This document shows positions 39,590 through 49,941 of a DNA stretch of 64,000 nucleotides, piece after piece; the stretch's first letter is position 1, and each line of letters opens with the position of its first letter. A model generated the notes under the pieces. The model had not been told where the DNA came from, did not search any database, and saw nothing but the letters and a program-made list of their open reading frames with translations. The position numbers and the translations under genes are program-made. Source of the stretch: an uncultured virus (IMG/VR IMGVR_UViG_3300016657_000021) (lineage: Duplodnaviria > Heunggongvirae > Uroviricota > Caudoviricetes); the IMG/VR virus record IMGVR_UViG_3300016657_000021, positions 1 to 64,000 of that record; one strand, 5' to 3'.

Positions 39590-42500
39590 ATGACAACACT
39601 TCGACAACTGGAACGGGCGTTTCTTGCGGCGCATGAAGCAGGTAACGAAGAAGACGCACGAGCCATCGCTTCTGAAATTCAGCGCCTTACCGCGCCCCCT
39701 CCAGAGGTTGAAGAAAAGCCGCAACCAAAGACAGGGTTTACTGCCAACCTGAAAGCCGGTATTGAGTCGCTTATCGGCAACTACTACGCAGGCAAAGCCG
39801 GTCTTTTGCGGGACGAAGAAGCGGGGCGGGAAGCCGAGCGTCGCCGGAAACACGCCGAAGAGCTGGGAACCATCCCCGAGTTTACTGAGCATCCGCTTGA
39901 TTACATTACCGGTATGCTTGGCCGTTCGGCTGCGTACATGGGTGCGCCGGTTGTGGCAGGGGCCACACTACACCCCGCCGGGCGCTTAGCAGCGTTGGTT
40001 GCCGGTTTGGGCACGTCCGCCACGCAGTTTTTTGGCAGCGATCTTTCACGGCAGCTTGCTGAAGGCACGCCGGTTTCTGAACTAAACACTGGCGCGGCAG
40101 CGGCGGCAGCAGTTCCGCAAGCAGCGCTGGACTACATCGGCTTCAAGTACATTCCGGGTATTCGCCGTATTTTTGGCGCTGCCGGAGTTGAAATCGGCAA
40201 CAAGGAAGCTGCAGGGATTGTCCGCAAGTTCATTCTGCCTGCCGCGAAGACAGCCGGTGTGGAAGGCGCTACCGAAGCCGGCCAAGCGGTGCTTGAACGG
40301 CTGCAAGCAGGTTTGGATATTGCCAGCCCTGAAGCCCGTAAAGAGTACTTTGACAACTTCCTTGGCGGCGCAATTCTTGGCGGTGTGCTTTCCGTTCCGG
40401 GTGCTATGCTTGAAGGCACAAGCGCAACCAAAGCCCCGCTAGTGCCGCCGGCAACCACCGATACAGCTACGACTGCTGCGACTGCTGCGACTGCTACGAC
40501 GGGTTCGCTTGCAACAGCGGCTAACGCCGCGCCTGCCGACATCACCACCCCTGCTGCGCCGGGTGCTCTGGTTGCACCGACGGCAGAACCCACCATTGAA
40601 GAACCGACTTTGCGCACTGCGGCTCCCATTGCGCCTACGGTAGCGCCTGTCACTGCGGAACCAAAAGCCACTGCACCGGAAGTTCCGGTACTGAAGCTGA
40701 TGGAGATGCACGACGAGTACCGCGCCAAGATGGACGACTTGGCTACTCAGATCGGAGAAGCGCACGCTGCGGGCGACGAAGACACCGTGGCCGCTCTCGA
40801 AGCACAGCACGACCAGCTGAAGGCCGACTCCGACATCTTTGCAAAAAAGATCGAAGAGCTTGGCGGGTTTACCGGCGAGTTCGATGCTCAGGCGGTTGCG
40901 GCAAACAAAGAAATCAGCAAGCTAACAAAGAAAATTACAGAGCTTGAAAATAAAATAACGCAGTACCGCGATCCTGAAGTACGTGATTACGAATCTGCGC
41001 GGGCACTTGTGCCGAAGCTGGCTGCTGCGCGTGAAGAGCTGAATGCTGCAATTGCGGATCTTGAAAACAAGCAACGCCTAGCAAACGTCAAGGCTACGCC
41101 CAAAGACGAAACCGTTTCGATGTTCCCTGCTGAAGCTGTGCGGCCTGAGCCGCGCAATATGCTTACGCTGCAAAGCTACGACGAAAAAGGACAGCCGTAC
41201 AAATCCGGAGACGTTGAGTACTTTGAGAAGCGGCATGAAAAAGGCATGCAAGGCCCACAGCAGCCGAAAGAAGCCCCTCCTGACTATTCGGAAGAGATTA
41301 CAAAGAAAGAAGCTGAAGCCGAAAAGCTTTTGAAAGAGCTTGACGCAATGTCTGTCAAGCGTAAAGACGATGGAACCATTATTGGCGGTTCTCAGCCTGC
41401 CAACCCGGAAGACATTAAAGCGGCTGTTGAAGCACTAAACAAAGCGCGTGTCGATCTGCGTGAGCTGCAAGAAGAATCTGCTAGAAAGCCAGAGAAAGAC
41501 ATGGATGACGCGCTACGTTCGGCGCAAGGAAACGTGTCGCGTCTTTCTGCACAGCTTAACGCATTGTCACCAAAAGCCGTACGAGAGCAGTACACCACAG
41601 AATACAACAAGAAGTCCACGCAGCTAAACCAGCTGTATGCGGACATCGACTCTTTGCGCGGTGGTGTACAACGTGCCGTTCCGCCGCCCACACTGTTTAG
41701 CAAACGCAACCAACTGTACACGGCTGCGGCTACTGGCGACATGGACGCTGTGCGCCGACTGCTGGATTACGATGCCACTCAAGAAAGAAAAGAAACCAAG
41801 ACCGAACCGACGCTGGCAGAGAAAGGCGTTAAAGAACTTGAGGGCAAGGTAAAGGGTCGCAAAGTCAGCCAGCGTGTTGTGTTCGACGACCATTACGACA
41901 ACGTGATGGAAGAGATCGAACGTCTGCAAAACAGCATTATCAAGCCGCAAGGAAACGCCAAGAAGTCTGTCTTGCAACGTGCGGAAGAGCTGTACCCTGA
42001 AATCAAAGCGCTTGAGAAGTATGTTGCCGATACGAAAAATTCAGCGGTAGAGCGCGGCAACAAACGACGCACATTGAAGTCGAAGATTGCAGATTACCTG
42101 CCATTGCAGAATGCAATGACTAATGCTCGCGACAAAATTGACGAGCTGCTGCGCAGTCTACACACCGTTGAAACAGTTGGAACGAAGGCGGAAATCGCAG
42201 CCGCTGAAAAGCAAGCACTGGACATCGCGGGCAAGAGCAAGCGCGAAAAGTCGCGGGAGCAAAAGGCCCTTGAGAAAGAGCAGAAAGGCACCGTCAAGGC
42301 CAATCCTGAGCGCGTAGCGCAAGAGCTTGGCGAGCCTACTGACGAGTATGCTGTTCGTACAAAACCGCTTGATACTCAGATTGAGCGCTTGAAGGCTAAA
42401 CTCGAAAAAGACAAGGCGTATCTGAAGAACGTGGCGGATACCGCCAAGAAAAAGTACGGCGAAACTTCAGCCGAAGCCAAAGCTGCTGAAGCCAAGATGG

Positions 42501-45500
42501 TTAAGGTTACGGCGGCTAAACAAGAGGCGTACTACAAAGCAGTTGGCGAACTTAACGATAAGAAAGACGCTATTGCCAAAGAGCTTGGCCGCGCCAATCC
42601 GTGGTTCCGGTCTACGCTTGTCAAGGCTACAAAAGCCGTTAGCAAATCTGCTGCTACTGCTGGCGAGCCGGTGAAGCGCTCGCGCCGCACTACGCAAGAA
42701 ACCCGCAAGGTTGCCAAGCTCGGCACCATGAGCACCGGAACGCCTGAAAGCCAAGCACGCGCAGCTGCTCGTCAGGCAGGTTTTGAGGCACGGCTCACGG
42801 AAGAAAAAGGCGAAGCCGCAGACTACGCCCGCGCACAGGCGCGTAAGCAAACGAAGAAAAAAGCTGAAGGGGCGGAGGCAGCTACTGCGCTTGGTCAAGC
42901 CATGCAGAAAGCAGCGAAGGCGAAGATCGACAAAGAAACGCCAAAGCAGCAGCGTGGTTCCGAGATCGAAAGCAAAGACCTTGATGCTGCACAGGTAGAA
43001 GCGCTGGAGAAAGACGATGTTCGTGCCGCGCTCAACTCCATCATGGAAGATGAGGCAAACAGCGACGTTAACCGCGCTGTGGCTGCTGCGCTCGAAGTGT
43101 ACCTCGACAAAACCCGCGTTACCGTGCACGACCGTCTGTACGCAGACGACGGGTACGAGCTGTTGGGGCAGGCCACGAGCAAGCAAATCGACATCAGCCG
43201 TCGAGGTTTGACGCAAGAAACCCTGCTGCACGAAGGCGTGCACGCAGCGGTCGAGCGCGTCATTCAAATGGCGAAAGAGAACTTTGCACAGCTGAGCAAA
43301 GAACAGCAAGCTGCATACCGCGAACTTGAACGGCTGTATAACGCCATCAAGAATGACCCGAGCATTACCAGCAAGAACGCCAAGAGCAGCATCTCCGAGT
43401 TTGCCGCCGAAGCGCTGTCGAACGAGCGCCTGCAGGAGCAGCTGCGTGCCAAGAAATGGACACTTGGCGATGCGTTCAAGAGCTTTACGAGCTTCATCCT
43501 GAAGATGCTTGGCGTTAAGAATGTCGACAACATGCTGGACGCATCGCTGTCCGCTGTTGAAGCGCTGATGGTGCCGTCGAGCACGCGCATGGACGCTGTT
43601 GAAGATGCTGTGCGCGAACAGGCAAAAAGCGTTGGTGTGGTTGAAAAAGGCAAAGGCATGTTCGGCTTTAAGTCGTTCACGCAACCGGCTACGCAGTACA
43701 ACATCGTTGCAACCGAGCCTGCTGTCATCGACAAGCTGAAGGCAAACTTTACCGGGCTGGCAGGCCGCGTGCAGTGGGTGGACAAGTACGCCGCAATCTC
43801 GGAAGCGTTTGCCAAAGGCGTTGATGCAAAGGTGCTTTCTGACCTCGAAGCAACCAATGGCGAGTACCTGCTGCGCTTCGGTGAGAACGTCAGCCAGTAT
43901 GCTCAGCAAGCGTTGACCAATGGCCGCATGCAGCTCGTCAAAAAGAAAGTCGAGGGCGGCAACGAGTACCTGTACAAGAGCGAGAAAGGTGCGAACCTGA
44001 TGCGCGTGTACGGAGAGCTTGAGAAAGCGGGCATCGCCAACAGCACGGATCTCGACAACATGTTCACTATCTACATGGCTGGCAAGCGTGCGGATAAGGT
44101 TGGTTGGGACAAGCTGTGGGTGGGTGACTCGACCAAGGCCAAGCAAGACTATGCGGCGGTCATGGCGCAGGTTAACAGTAGCCAGAAGATCAAGGGCGCA
44201 TTTGAAGCGGCGATGAAAGAGTACCGGGCGTTCAACAACGGCTTGCTGGACTTCGCTGAGCAATGCGGAGCGCTGAAGCCTGAAGAAGTTGCTGAGTTCA
44301 AGGGCATGGACTACGTGCCGTACTACCGCGTAAACACCAACGGCAACATCGAGCTGTTCTCCGATCAGGAAAAGCGGCTGACGATTGGCAACATCAAGGA
44401 AGAACCGCACCTGCAAGAGCTGGTTGGTGACAACAGCAAGATTCTGCCGCTGTCTGTCAGCGCGATTCAGAACGCCTTCCTGCTGACCAATATGGCGCTG
44501 CGGAACAACACGGTGCGCGACACGAGCTTCTTGCTTCGCAAAATGGGTATTGCGTCGGCCATGAACGAAGGCGCTGGGCCAGCAGGTTACAACACTGTTC
44601 GCTTCAAGATCAAAGGCGTGCCGCACTACGCAATCATTGACTCGGACAAGTTTGGTATTCCGGCGGATCTGATCGTCAAGGGCATGGAGGGCATCAAGAC
44701 TACGATGCCATTCATTGTTAAGTTGATGGGCAAGCCTGCAGACTGGGTGCGCAAGTTCGTCACTCGTTCGCCTACGTACGCTGTGCGTCAGATCATTCGT
44801 GACCCGATGACTGCGTGGATGACTACCGGTGTTGACGGAGTGCCGGTGCTGAACGCCCTGCGCGAAATGTCTAGTATGGTGGCTGGGCGCAGCGAAGTTG
44901 AACGCACTCTCATGGAGGCTGGCGCTATTACCAGCAACGTGTACACGGGTGGCAGGGAAGACCTCGACAAATTCATCCGCGATGTGGGTGTTGGCAAGAC
45001 CGGGTGGGGTAAGTGGATGGCGCGGTTCGATGCGTTTGCCCTGCAGGGCGATGCGGCTACGCGGGCTGTGGTCTACAAGGATTCGATTGCCAAGGGTATG
45101 AGTGAGCAGCAGGCGCTGCTGCGTACGCTTGAGTCGATGAACTTTGGTCGGCGCGGGCTGTCGCCTACGGTTCAGATGCTGAACACGCTGATCCCGTTTT
45201 TCAACTCGCAGATCCAAGGTCTGGACGTTATCTACCGAGCCTTCCGGGGCAAGATGCCGTACAGCCAACGCCTTGAGATTCAGCAGAAGCTGGCACTGCG
45301 CGGTGCTATGCTGGCCGCAGGAACGATTGCTTACGCCTACATGGTGCAGGACGATGAAGCGTACAAACGCGCCAAGCCTGAAGAGCGGCTGGCTAATTGG
45401 TTCGTGCGCTTGCCGGGCGTGAAGGATCCGGTGAAGATCCCGGTGCCGTTTGAATTGGGCTACATCTTTAAGTCGCTGCCAGAAGCAGTCATCAACGCGT

Positions 45501-46213
45501 CGGTAGAGGACAACCGGAACAAGGACATCACTGAAGGAATGGGCAAGCTGGTATGGCAATCCGTACCGTTGACACTCCCTGCGGCTATTAAACCGGCTGT
45601 TGAAAGCTACATGAACAAGTCGTTCTTCGGTGGGGACATCGAGTCGCAGCGCGAGGTGAACACGCTTGAGCCTACGCAGCGCTACCGCAACACGACTACC
45701 GAACTGGCGAAGATGATCGGCGGTATCACGGGGGTTGCCGGACTGTCCCCGATCAAGGTTGACTACCTTATCCGTGGCTACACTGGCGGACTGGGTATCG
45801 CGCTTGCGTCGCTCCTCGACCCGCTAATGGAAAGCGACAAGGCGGAGCCGACTAAAGACCCGCACCAGTGGCCGCTTGTTGGCGGTCTGTTCCAAGCGTC
45901 TGAGGGTAGGGGTGTGCGCGATGCGGCGTATGACCGCATGCTGGAGATCCAGCAGGCGAAGGGTACGTACAAGCATTTGATGCAGGAAGGTCGGCGTGAG
46001 GAAGCCAAGCAGTTCTTGGAAGAGAACCGGCACCTGATCTCGAAAGCGTCTATGTCCGGTCGTGTTCAACAGCAGCTTGGTGAGTGGGCTGCACTGCGCC
46101 GCCGTGTTTTGGACTCGGCAACCATGACACAAGAGCAAAAGGATGAGCGGCTTGACCGCCTCGACCAGCTCAGCACCCGCTACGCGGAGCGCTTCCTACA
46201 GGCTACCGAGTAA
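39590..46213 (+). CDS. large polyvalent-type internal protein (zincin HExxH domain, LPD38-like C-terminus)
   Basis: 2207 aa; LLHEGVH...EFAAE; PFFN...QG, KIPVPFELG, SPIKVDYLIRGYTGGLG. Confidence 0.75.
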   Translation: MTTLRQLERAFLAAHEAGNEEDARAIASEIQRLTAPPPEVEEKPQPKTGFTANLKAGIESLIGNYYAGKAGLLRDEEAGREAERRRKHAEELGTIPEFTEHPLDYITGMLGRSAAYMGAPVVAGATLHPAGRLAALVAGLGTSATQFFGSDLSRQLAEGTPVSELNTGAAAAAAVPQAALDYIGFKYIPGIRRIFGAAGVEIGNKEAAGIVRKFILPAAKTAGVEGATEAGQAVLERLQAGLDIASPEARKEYFDNFLGGAILGGVLSVPGAMLEGTSATKAPLVPPATTDTATTAATAATATTGSLATAANAAPADITTPAAPGALVAPTAEPTIEEPTLRTAAPIAPTVAPVTAEPKATAPEVPVLKLMEMHDEYRAKMDDLATQIGEAHAAGDEDTVAALEAQHDQLKADSDIFAKKIEELGGFTGEFDAQAVAANKEISKLTKKITELENKITQYRDPEVRDYESARALVPKLAAAREELNAAIADLENKQRLANVKATPKDETVSMFPAEAVRPEPRNMLTLQSYDEKGQPYKSGDVEYFEKRHEKGMQGPQQPKEAPPDYSEEITKKEAEAEKLLKELDAMSVKRKDDGTIIGGSQPANPEDIKAAVEALNKARVDLRELQEESARKPEKDMDDALRSAQGNVSRLSAQLNALSPKAVREQYTTEYNKKSTQLNQLYADIDSLRGGVQRAVPPPTLFSKRNQLYTAAATGDMDAVRRLLDYDATQERKETKTEPTLAEKGVKELEGKVKGRKVSQRVVFDDHYDNVMEEIERLQNSIIKPQGNAKKSVLQRAEELYPEIKALEKYVADTKNSAVERGNKRRTLKSKIADYLPLQNAMTNARDKIDELLRSLHTVETVGTKAEIAAAEKQALDIAGKSKREKSREQKALEKEQKGTVKANPERVAQELGEPTDEYAVRTKPLDTQIERLKAKLEKDKAYLKNVADTAKKKYGETSAEAKAAEAKMVKVTAAKQEAYYKAVGELNDKKDAIAKELGRANPWFRSTLVKATKAVSKSAATAGEPVKRSRRTTQETRKVAKLGTMSTGTPESQARAAARQAGFEARLTEEKGEAADYARAQARKQTKKKAEGAEAATALGQAMQKAAKAKIDKETPKQQRGSEIESKDLDAAQVEALEKDDVRAALNSIMEDEANSDVNRAVAAALEVYLDKTRVTVHDRLYADDGYELLGQATSKQIDISRRGLTQETLLHEGVHAAVERVIQMAKENFAQLSKEQQAAYRELERLYNAIKNDPSITSKNAKSSISEFAAEALSNERLQEQLRAKKWTLGDAFKSFTSFILKMLGVKNVDNMLDASLSAVEALMVPSSTRMDAVEDAVREQAKSVGVVEKGKGMFGFKSFTQPATQYNIVATEPAVIDKLKANFTGLAGRVQWVDKYAAISEAFAKGVDAKVLSDLEATNGEYLLRFGENVSQYAQQALTNGRMQLVKKKVEGGNEYLYKSEKGANLMRVYGELEKAGIANSTDLDNMFTIYMAGKRADKVGWDKLWVGDSTKAKQDYAAVMAQVNSSQKIKGAFEAAMKEYRAFNNGLLDFAEQCGALKPEEVAEFKGMDYVPYYRVNTNGNIELFSDQEKRLTIGNIKEEPHLQELVGDNSKILPLSVSAIQNAFLLTNMALRNNTVRDTSFLLRKMGIASAMNEGAGPAGYNTVRFKIKGVPHYAIIDSDKFGIPADLIVKGMEGIKTTMPFIVKLMGKPADWVRKFVTRSPTYAVRQIIRDPMTAWMTTGVDGVPVLNALREMSSMVAGRSEVERTLMEAGAITSNVYTGGREDLDKFIRDVGVGKTGWGKWMARFDAFALQGDAATRAVVYKDSIAKGMSEQQALLRTLESMNFGRRGLSPTVQMLNTLIPFFNSQIQGLDVIYRAFRGKMPYSQRLEIQQKLALRGAMLAAGTIAYAYMVQDDEAYKRAKPEERLANWFVRLPGVKDPVKIPVPFELGYIFKSLPEAVINASVEDNRNKDITEGMGKLVWQSVPLTLPAAIKPAVESYMNKSFFGGDIESQREVNTLEPTQRYRNTTTELAKMIGGITGVAGLSPIKVDYLIRGYTGGLGIALASLLDPLMESDKAEPTKDPHQWPLVGGLFQASEGRGVRDAAYDRMLEIQQAKGTYKHLMQEGRREEAKQFLEENRHLISKASMSGRVQQQLGEWAALRRRVLDSATMTQEQKDERLDRLDQLSTRYAERFLQATE

Positions 46214-46394
46214 ACCAGACGCCGATCTTGCCGTCCTTGATGACGGCTTCGGCTTTGGCGTTGAAAATGCGGTGACGTAAAGCATCCCGGAGGCCGTCGA
46301 TCTTGACGGCCTCCGTGTCCAAGCAAGGAATAAAAAACCCTTGGCCGGGTTTAACTTGCGACCAAGGGAATCGGGGCTGGTAAGTCTTCTTCAT
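46203..46394 (-). CDS. hypothetical protein (63 aa)
   Basis: FPWSQVKPGQGFFIPC; last gene of the leftward operon. Confidence 0.6.
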   Translation of the reverse strand: MKKTYQPRFPWSQVKPGQGFFIPCLDTEAVKIDGLRDALRHRIFNAKAEAVIKDGKIGVWFTR

Positions 46395-49308
46395 CCATTC
46401 TACGGCTGATCTTGAGTACGGATACGCGCATCTGTGGGCCTTTGGTTTTGGCCGTCATGTCCTTCTTCGCCATGTGTGTTACGGCGAACTGCGCCTCCAG
46501 CTGCTTCTTGAAGTCTGCGTAACCAAAACTGACGGTTGAGCAGAACATCTTCAGCATACGCTCCTCGATGTAGTAGTCGATGAATCCCGGTGCCACTCCG
46601 TGTTCAATACGCCCCATGATACTTGAGCGCGTTGTTGACGCGTCGATCACGCCGCCGTGGCCGAGTTCCGCCAGCACGCCATCCAGCGCGTTCTGCTTAA
46701 TGACGATGAAGTTGCCGTAGTACTCCTGCGTGAAGGCGTTCAGCACGTCCTCTGCGGTGCGCGAGTTCTGACGGATGCTGCTGCGCATGTACTCGACGGC
46801 TTCCTTGTACGTGTCGATGATCGGCTGCATGGGGATGTTGACGATACCGGTGTGGTTGTCCGACATGAGGATGCCCGCAGCTACGCCGCAAGCAATACCC
46901 GCCATCCAGAAGCGCTCATCGTTTGTGGCGCGCATCTCCTTATACATGCGCTGAACGATCTCCGGAATCATGCGAGCCAGCATCTGCACGTTGCGCACCA
47001 TAAACTGCACCAGCTCGTGCCCGGCTACTGCGAAATTCTGATGCAGCGACTTGACGATCTCGATCTCGTGCGGCTCCCAGTTCAGCACGTCGTTCATGAT
47101 GAACTCCAGTACACGACGCAGTTCGCCTTCCGCAGCGTGCTTCTGCGCTCCGGTGAAGTGGTCTACGACGTGCGTATTGGACGACATGATCGACATGCCT
47201 GCCCACGTTGACAGGTTCAGACGTTCCTTGTTGGTGCCGGACTCCATCCGTTCCTTGCCCTTGCCTTCCGTCATGTCCAGCACGTACGCCGAAAACCACT
47301 CGAAGTCCTTGCGGTTCTTGGCCGTGATCTCGTCGGTGATGAGCGGCAGGCTTCGCAGTAGGCCGAGGCGCTGCTGCATGGCGACAGCCGAGGTGCCTTT
47401 ACTGGTGCGGTAGTGCACCGGATGCCCCCACACAGAAGCCGCAGCTTCCAGCGCCAGCGTCTTACCAGTGCCGGAGTATGTCGAGCCGCAGTGCGCCGTT
47501 AGGCCGTTGATTCCTGTGAAGCGCATGAGCGGAGCGCCAGCACCGAGGAGCATCACCGCAACGTGCTTGTAGTGTTTCTTTTTAATTAACAGGTTGATGA
47601 ATTCCCGCCACGCGGCCAGCGTACCTGTCGGCTTAGTGTGGGCAACGATGTTCTCCAGCCCCGGCATCGGCACGTCGAACTCGCCATCCGGGGTGTAAAT
47701 CTTCCCGGCGAACACGAACGTATCGTCGGCCTGCCAGCCACACGCATCGGGAACCTTGACCGGAATTTTCTCGGTACTGATCTTCTCGACGCAGGCGCGT
47801 ACGTAGTCGAACAGATTCTTGTCATTGCCCGAGCCGAACGCCGCGACGATGTTCTGGTTGGCAAGGTGCTTGGTCGTTTCCTCTTTGCTGACAATGGACT
47901 TCTGCGGCAGAGTAATCTGCATGGCTTGGCCGTTACGGATCGCCGTCAGGTGGATCAGGTGCTCGCCGTGTACGTTCAAGATGTCGACCGGGAACAGGTC
48001 GTACGGCAGAAGTAGTATCTGGCGCTTGATCTTGTTGCCGTCTGCATCCTCATCGTCTCGCTCTTGGAAAACGCCGCCTTGCTTGCCGTAGGCATACCCG
48101 CGAGGCGGTTCCGGGCGCAGGATCTCCCGCGCCTTGTCTTCGACCGTTACCTCGATTGTCTTCTCGGCAACTTCAACCGCATACTCACGGCCAAGCGCGA
48201 GCGGGTTGGTGATCTTGCCCCAGTGCTTGCACGATGGGCAAACGCCGGGGTTCTCCGCATCGAACTTGGTGCAGGGGTATGGCCCCTTGATCTCGCGCAG
48301 CTTGGTGCGCATCCGGTCTTCGCTGTACGGGTGCAGCTGCGTCAGCCACAGCACCGCCTTGTCGCCATCCTTGCACTTCTGAGCGATGGACATGTGTGCC
48401 CGCCAAAGCGGTTCCATGCCATCATCCTGCGCGTGCTCGACGTAGTGCTCCAGCTGGCCGCAGCCAGTTCCTTCCTTCGTGCGTTTGAAGATTTTCTTGT
48501 ACGACGTTTCGGTGTTCTCGAACAGCTTGACCGCCGTGGCCGTGGTAGCCAGCGCGGTTGTGGTCGGACGGCTTCCCGGTAACTCGATGACATTGGCTGG
48601 CGGCAAAGGTTTGGACTCATAGGCTGTGCCTACCAGTTCCCGATTGACGATAGCTTTTATGTCCTCGAAGTCGAACAGGTCGCCTTCGTTCATGAAACGC
48701 ACGTTGGTCGTGCCGCGAACCTTTTTGCCGTCCTTCACGCCGTTGTTGATCGTGCCCGGAATGCGCAGCACACGGGCAGCGTCGCCCGTCACGTTCGGGT
48801 CGATCTGCAGCCCTTTGACGAAACACAGGCGCTTGAACTGTTCGGCCACAGGCTTCCACTCGGAAACCGGAATGGCCTCCTTCAACACCCAGTATGCGTG
48901 CACACCGCCGCCTGAATGGACGTACCACGGCCTGCCCAACCCGGACAGTCCGACTTCCTCAGAGAAGCGCTCAATTGCCGCGAACCCGTCTTTCGGTGAC
49001 GGGTATGCCTTCGTCTTGATTACGCCATCAGCGTTGGGGATGTCCTTCGTGTGGTTGCAGTCAACGTCAACGGCGATGCACTTAATCATATGTGCGTTCG
49101 CCGCCGTGCGCTTACCGCTCACCTGCATGGTGGCAAGTGAGAAGTATGTGTCGTAGCCCGATAGCTTGTACCGCTCGATAACCGCGTCCGCGTCTTGCAG
49201 CTTCTCCTTAAACTGGTGTTCTTTTTTCTTTGTTGTCAGTTCCACCACGCAGTAATACCCGTTCCCTTCGGGTGGTAGAACCGCCGCCATAAAGTCGAGC
49301 GGGGTCAT
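46351..49308 (-). CDS. primase-helicase (AEP/RepB-like primase, DUF927-like helicase)
   Basis: DVD and HSGGGVHAYW, RVLRIPGT; Cys cluster; Walker A SGTGKT, Walker B ITDE. Confidence 0.85.
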   Translation of the reverse strand: MTPLDFMAAVLPPEGNGYYCVVELTTKKKEHQFKEKLQDADAVIERYKLSGYDTYFSLATMQVSGKRTAANAHMIKCIAVDVDCNHTKDIPNADGVIKTKAYPSPKDGFAAIERFSEEVGLSGLGRPWYVHSGGGVHAYWVLKEAIPVSEWKPVAEQFKRLCFVKGLQIDPNVTGDAARVLRIPGTINNGVKDGKKVRGTTNVRFMNEGDLFDFEDIKAIVNRELVGTAYESKPLPPANVIELPGSRPTTTALATTATAVKLFENTETSYKKIFKRTKEGTGCGQLEHYVEHAQDDGMEPLWRAHMSIAQKCKDGDKAVLWLTQLHPYSEDRMRTKLREIKGPYPCTKFDAENPGVCPSCKHWGKITNPLALGREYAVEVAEKTIEVTVEDKAREILRPEPPRGYAYGKQGGVFQERDDEDADGNKIKRQILLLPYDLFPVDILNVHGEHLIHLTAIRNGQAMQITLPQKSIVSKEETTKHLANQNIVAAFGSGNDKNLFDYVRACVEKISTEKIPVKVPDACGWQADDTFVFAGKIYTPDGEFDVPMPGLENIVAHTKPTGTLAAWREFINLLIKKKHYKHVAVMLLGAGAPLMRFTGINGLTAHCGSTYSGTGKTLALEAAASVWGHPVHYRTSKGTSAVAMQQRLGLLRSLPLITDEITAKNRKDFEWFSAYVLDMTEGKGKERMESGTNKERLNLSTWAGMSIMSSNTHVVDHFTGAQKHAAEGELRRVLEFIMNDVLNWEPHEIEIVKSLHQNFAVAGHELVQFMVRNVQMLARMIPEIVQRMYKEMRATNDERFWMAGIACGVAAGILMSDNHTGIVNIPMQPIIDTYKEAVEYMRSSIRQNSRTAEDVLNAFTQEYYGNFIVIKQNALDGVLAELGHGGVIDASTTRSSIMGRIEHGVAPGFIDYYIEERMLKMFCSTVSFGYADFKKQLEAQFAVTHMAKKDMTAKTKGPQMRVSVLKISRRMDEEDLPAPIPLVAS

Positions 49309-49317
49309 AGCAGTCCT

Positions 49318-49503
49318 TTAGAACAAGGGGAGTTGGCGCGGATCTCTGTATGGCGCGTAGCCGTGTTCATTTACTTCGCGGTCAAGGCGACGCACGAGTT
49401 CTTTCTGCCACTCGATGGGCAGCGACTTTCCTTGAAGCAGCGCGAGATCCGCATGCTGGATCAGCTCTTTCGTTGTCAGGCTTCCAGATTGTACAAATGA
49501 CAT
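49318..49503 (-). CDS. hypothetical protein
   Basis: GGAGAG SD; ends QLPLF. Confidence 0.65.
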   Translation of the reverse strand: MSFVQSGSLTTKELIQHADLALLQGKSLPIEWQKELVRRLDREVNEHGYAPYRDPRQLPLF

Positions 49504-49757
49504 ATTTCTCTCCATGCTTCGTCAGCGGTTTTCGATTTGGACATGATCTTCGTCAGCAGCTCTACACGCTCTTGGTAGCCGACAAACACTTCGGTCTGCC
49601 CGGTCATCCAATTATATACGGTCTGTCGTGTGACCCCGAGGGCTTTTGCGATCTTGGTCACTGGAAAGTCCAGATAGATCGCCCATCGTCCGAGCACTAC
49701 GCCGGGGGTCTTTGGCGCGGCTGAGACGGCATCAATGATTTTTTGTGAGTAGGCCAT
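49476..49757 (-). CDS. HTH DNA-binding protein
   Basis: VTKIAKALGVTRQTVYNWMTG. Confidence 0.8.
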   Translation of the reverse strand: MAYSQKIIDAVSAAPKTPGVVLGRWAIYLDFPVTKIAKALGVTRQTVYNWMTGQTEVFVGYQERVELLTKIMSKSKTADEAWREICHLYNLEA

Positions 49758-49864
49758 GATCGTGTGTGGTTAGGGGTGCGGGGTCACTGGCCTACGGAGC
49801 AAAGCCTGAAAGGATGCCAGCCCCCGCTGCCGGTGTTATGTGCGCCACCTCCGGCTGGGCTATT

Positions 49865-49940
49865 TGGAGCGGGTGATCGGTTTCGAACCGACGACATTCT
49901 GCTTGGAAGGCAGACGCTCTACCTGCTGAGCTACACCCGC
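49865..49940 (-). tRNA. tRNA-Gly (TCC)
   Basis: 76-nt cloverleaf GCGGGTG...TCTGC-CTTCCAA-GCAGA...GGTTCGAA...CACCCGCTCCA with encoded CCA. Confidence 0.95.
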
Positions 49941-49941
49941 G

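Noticed and set aside
42467..45559. 1030-aa minus-strand ORF, and similar long antisense ORFs such as 12110-13795, 16264-17343 and 34167-35477
   Set aside because: Antisense shadows of strongly codon-biased real genes; no motifs or SD; expected in GC-rich DNA.
49865..49940. tRNA as a prophage attachment site or host boundary
   Set aside because: Phage genes continue on both sides, and no integrase or duplicated tRNA 3' end was seen.
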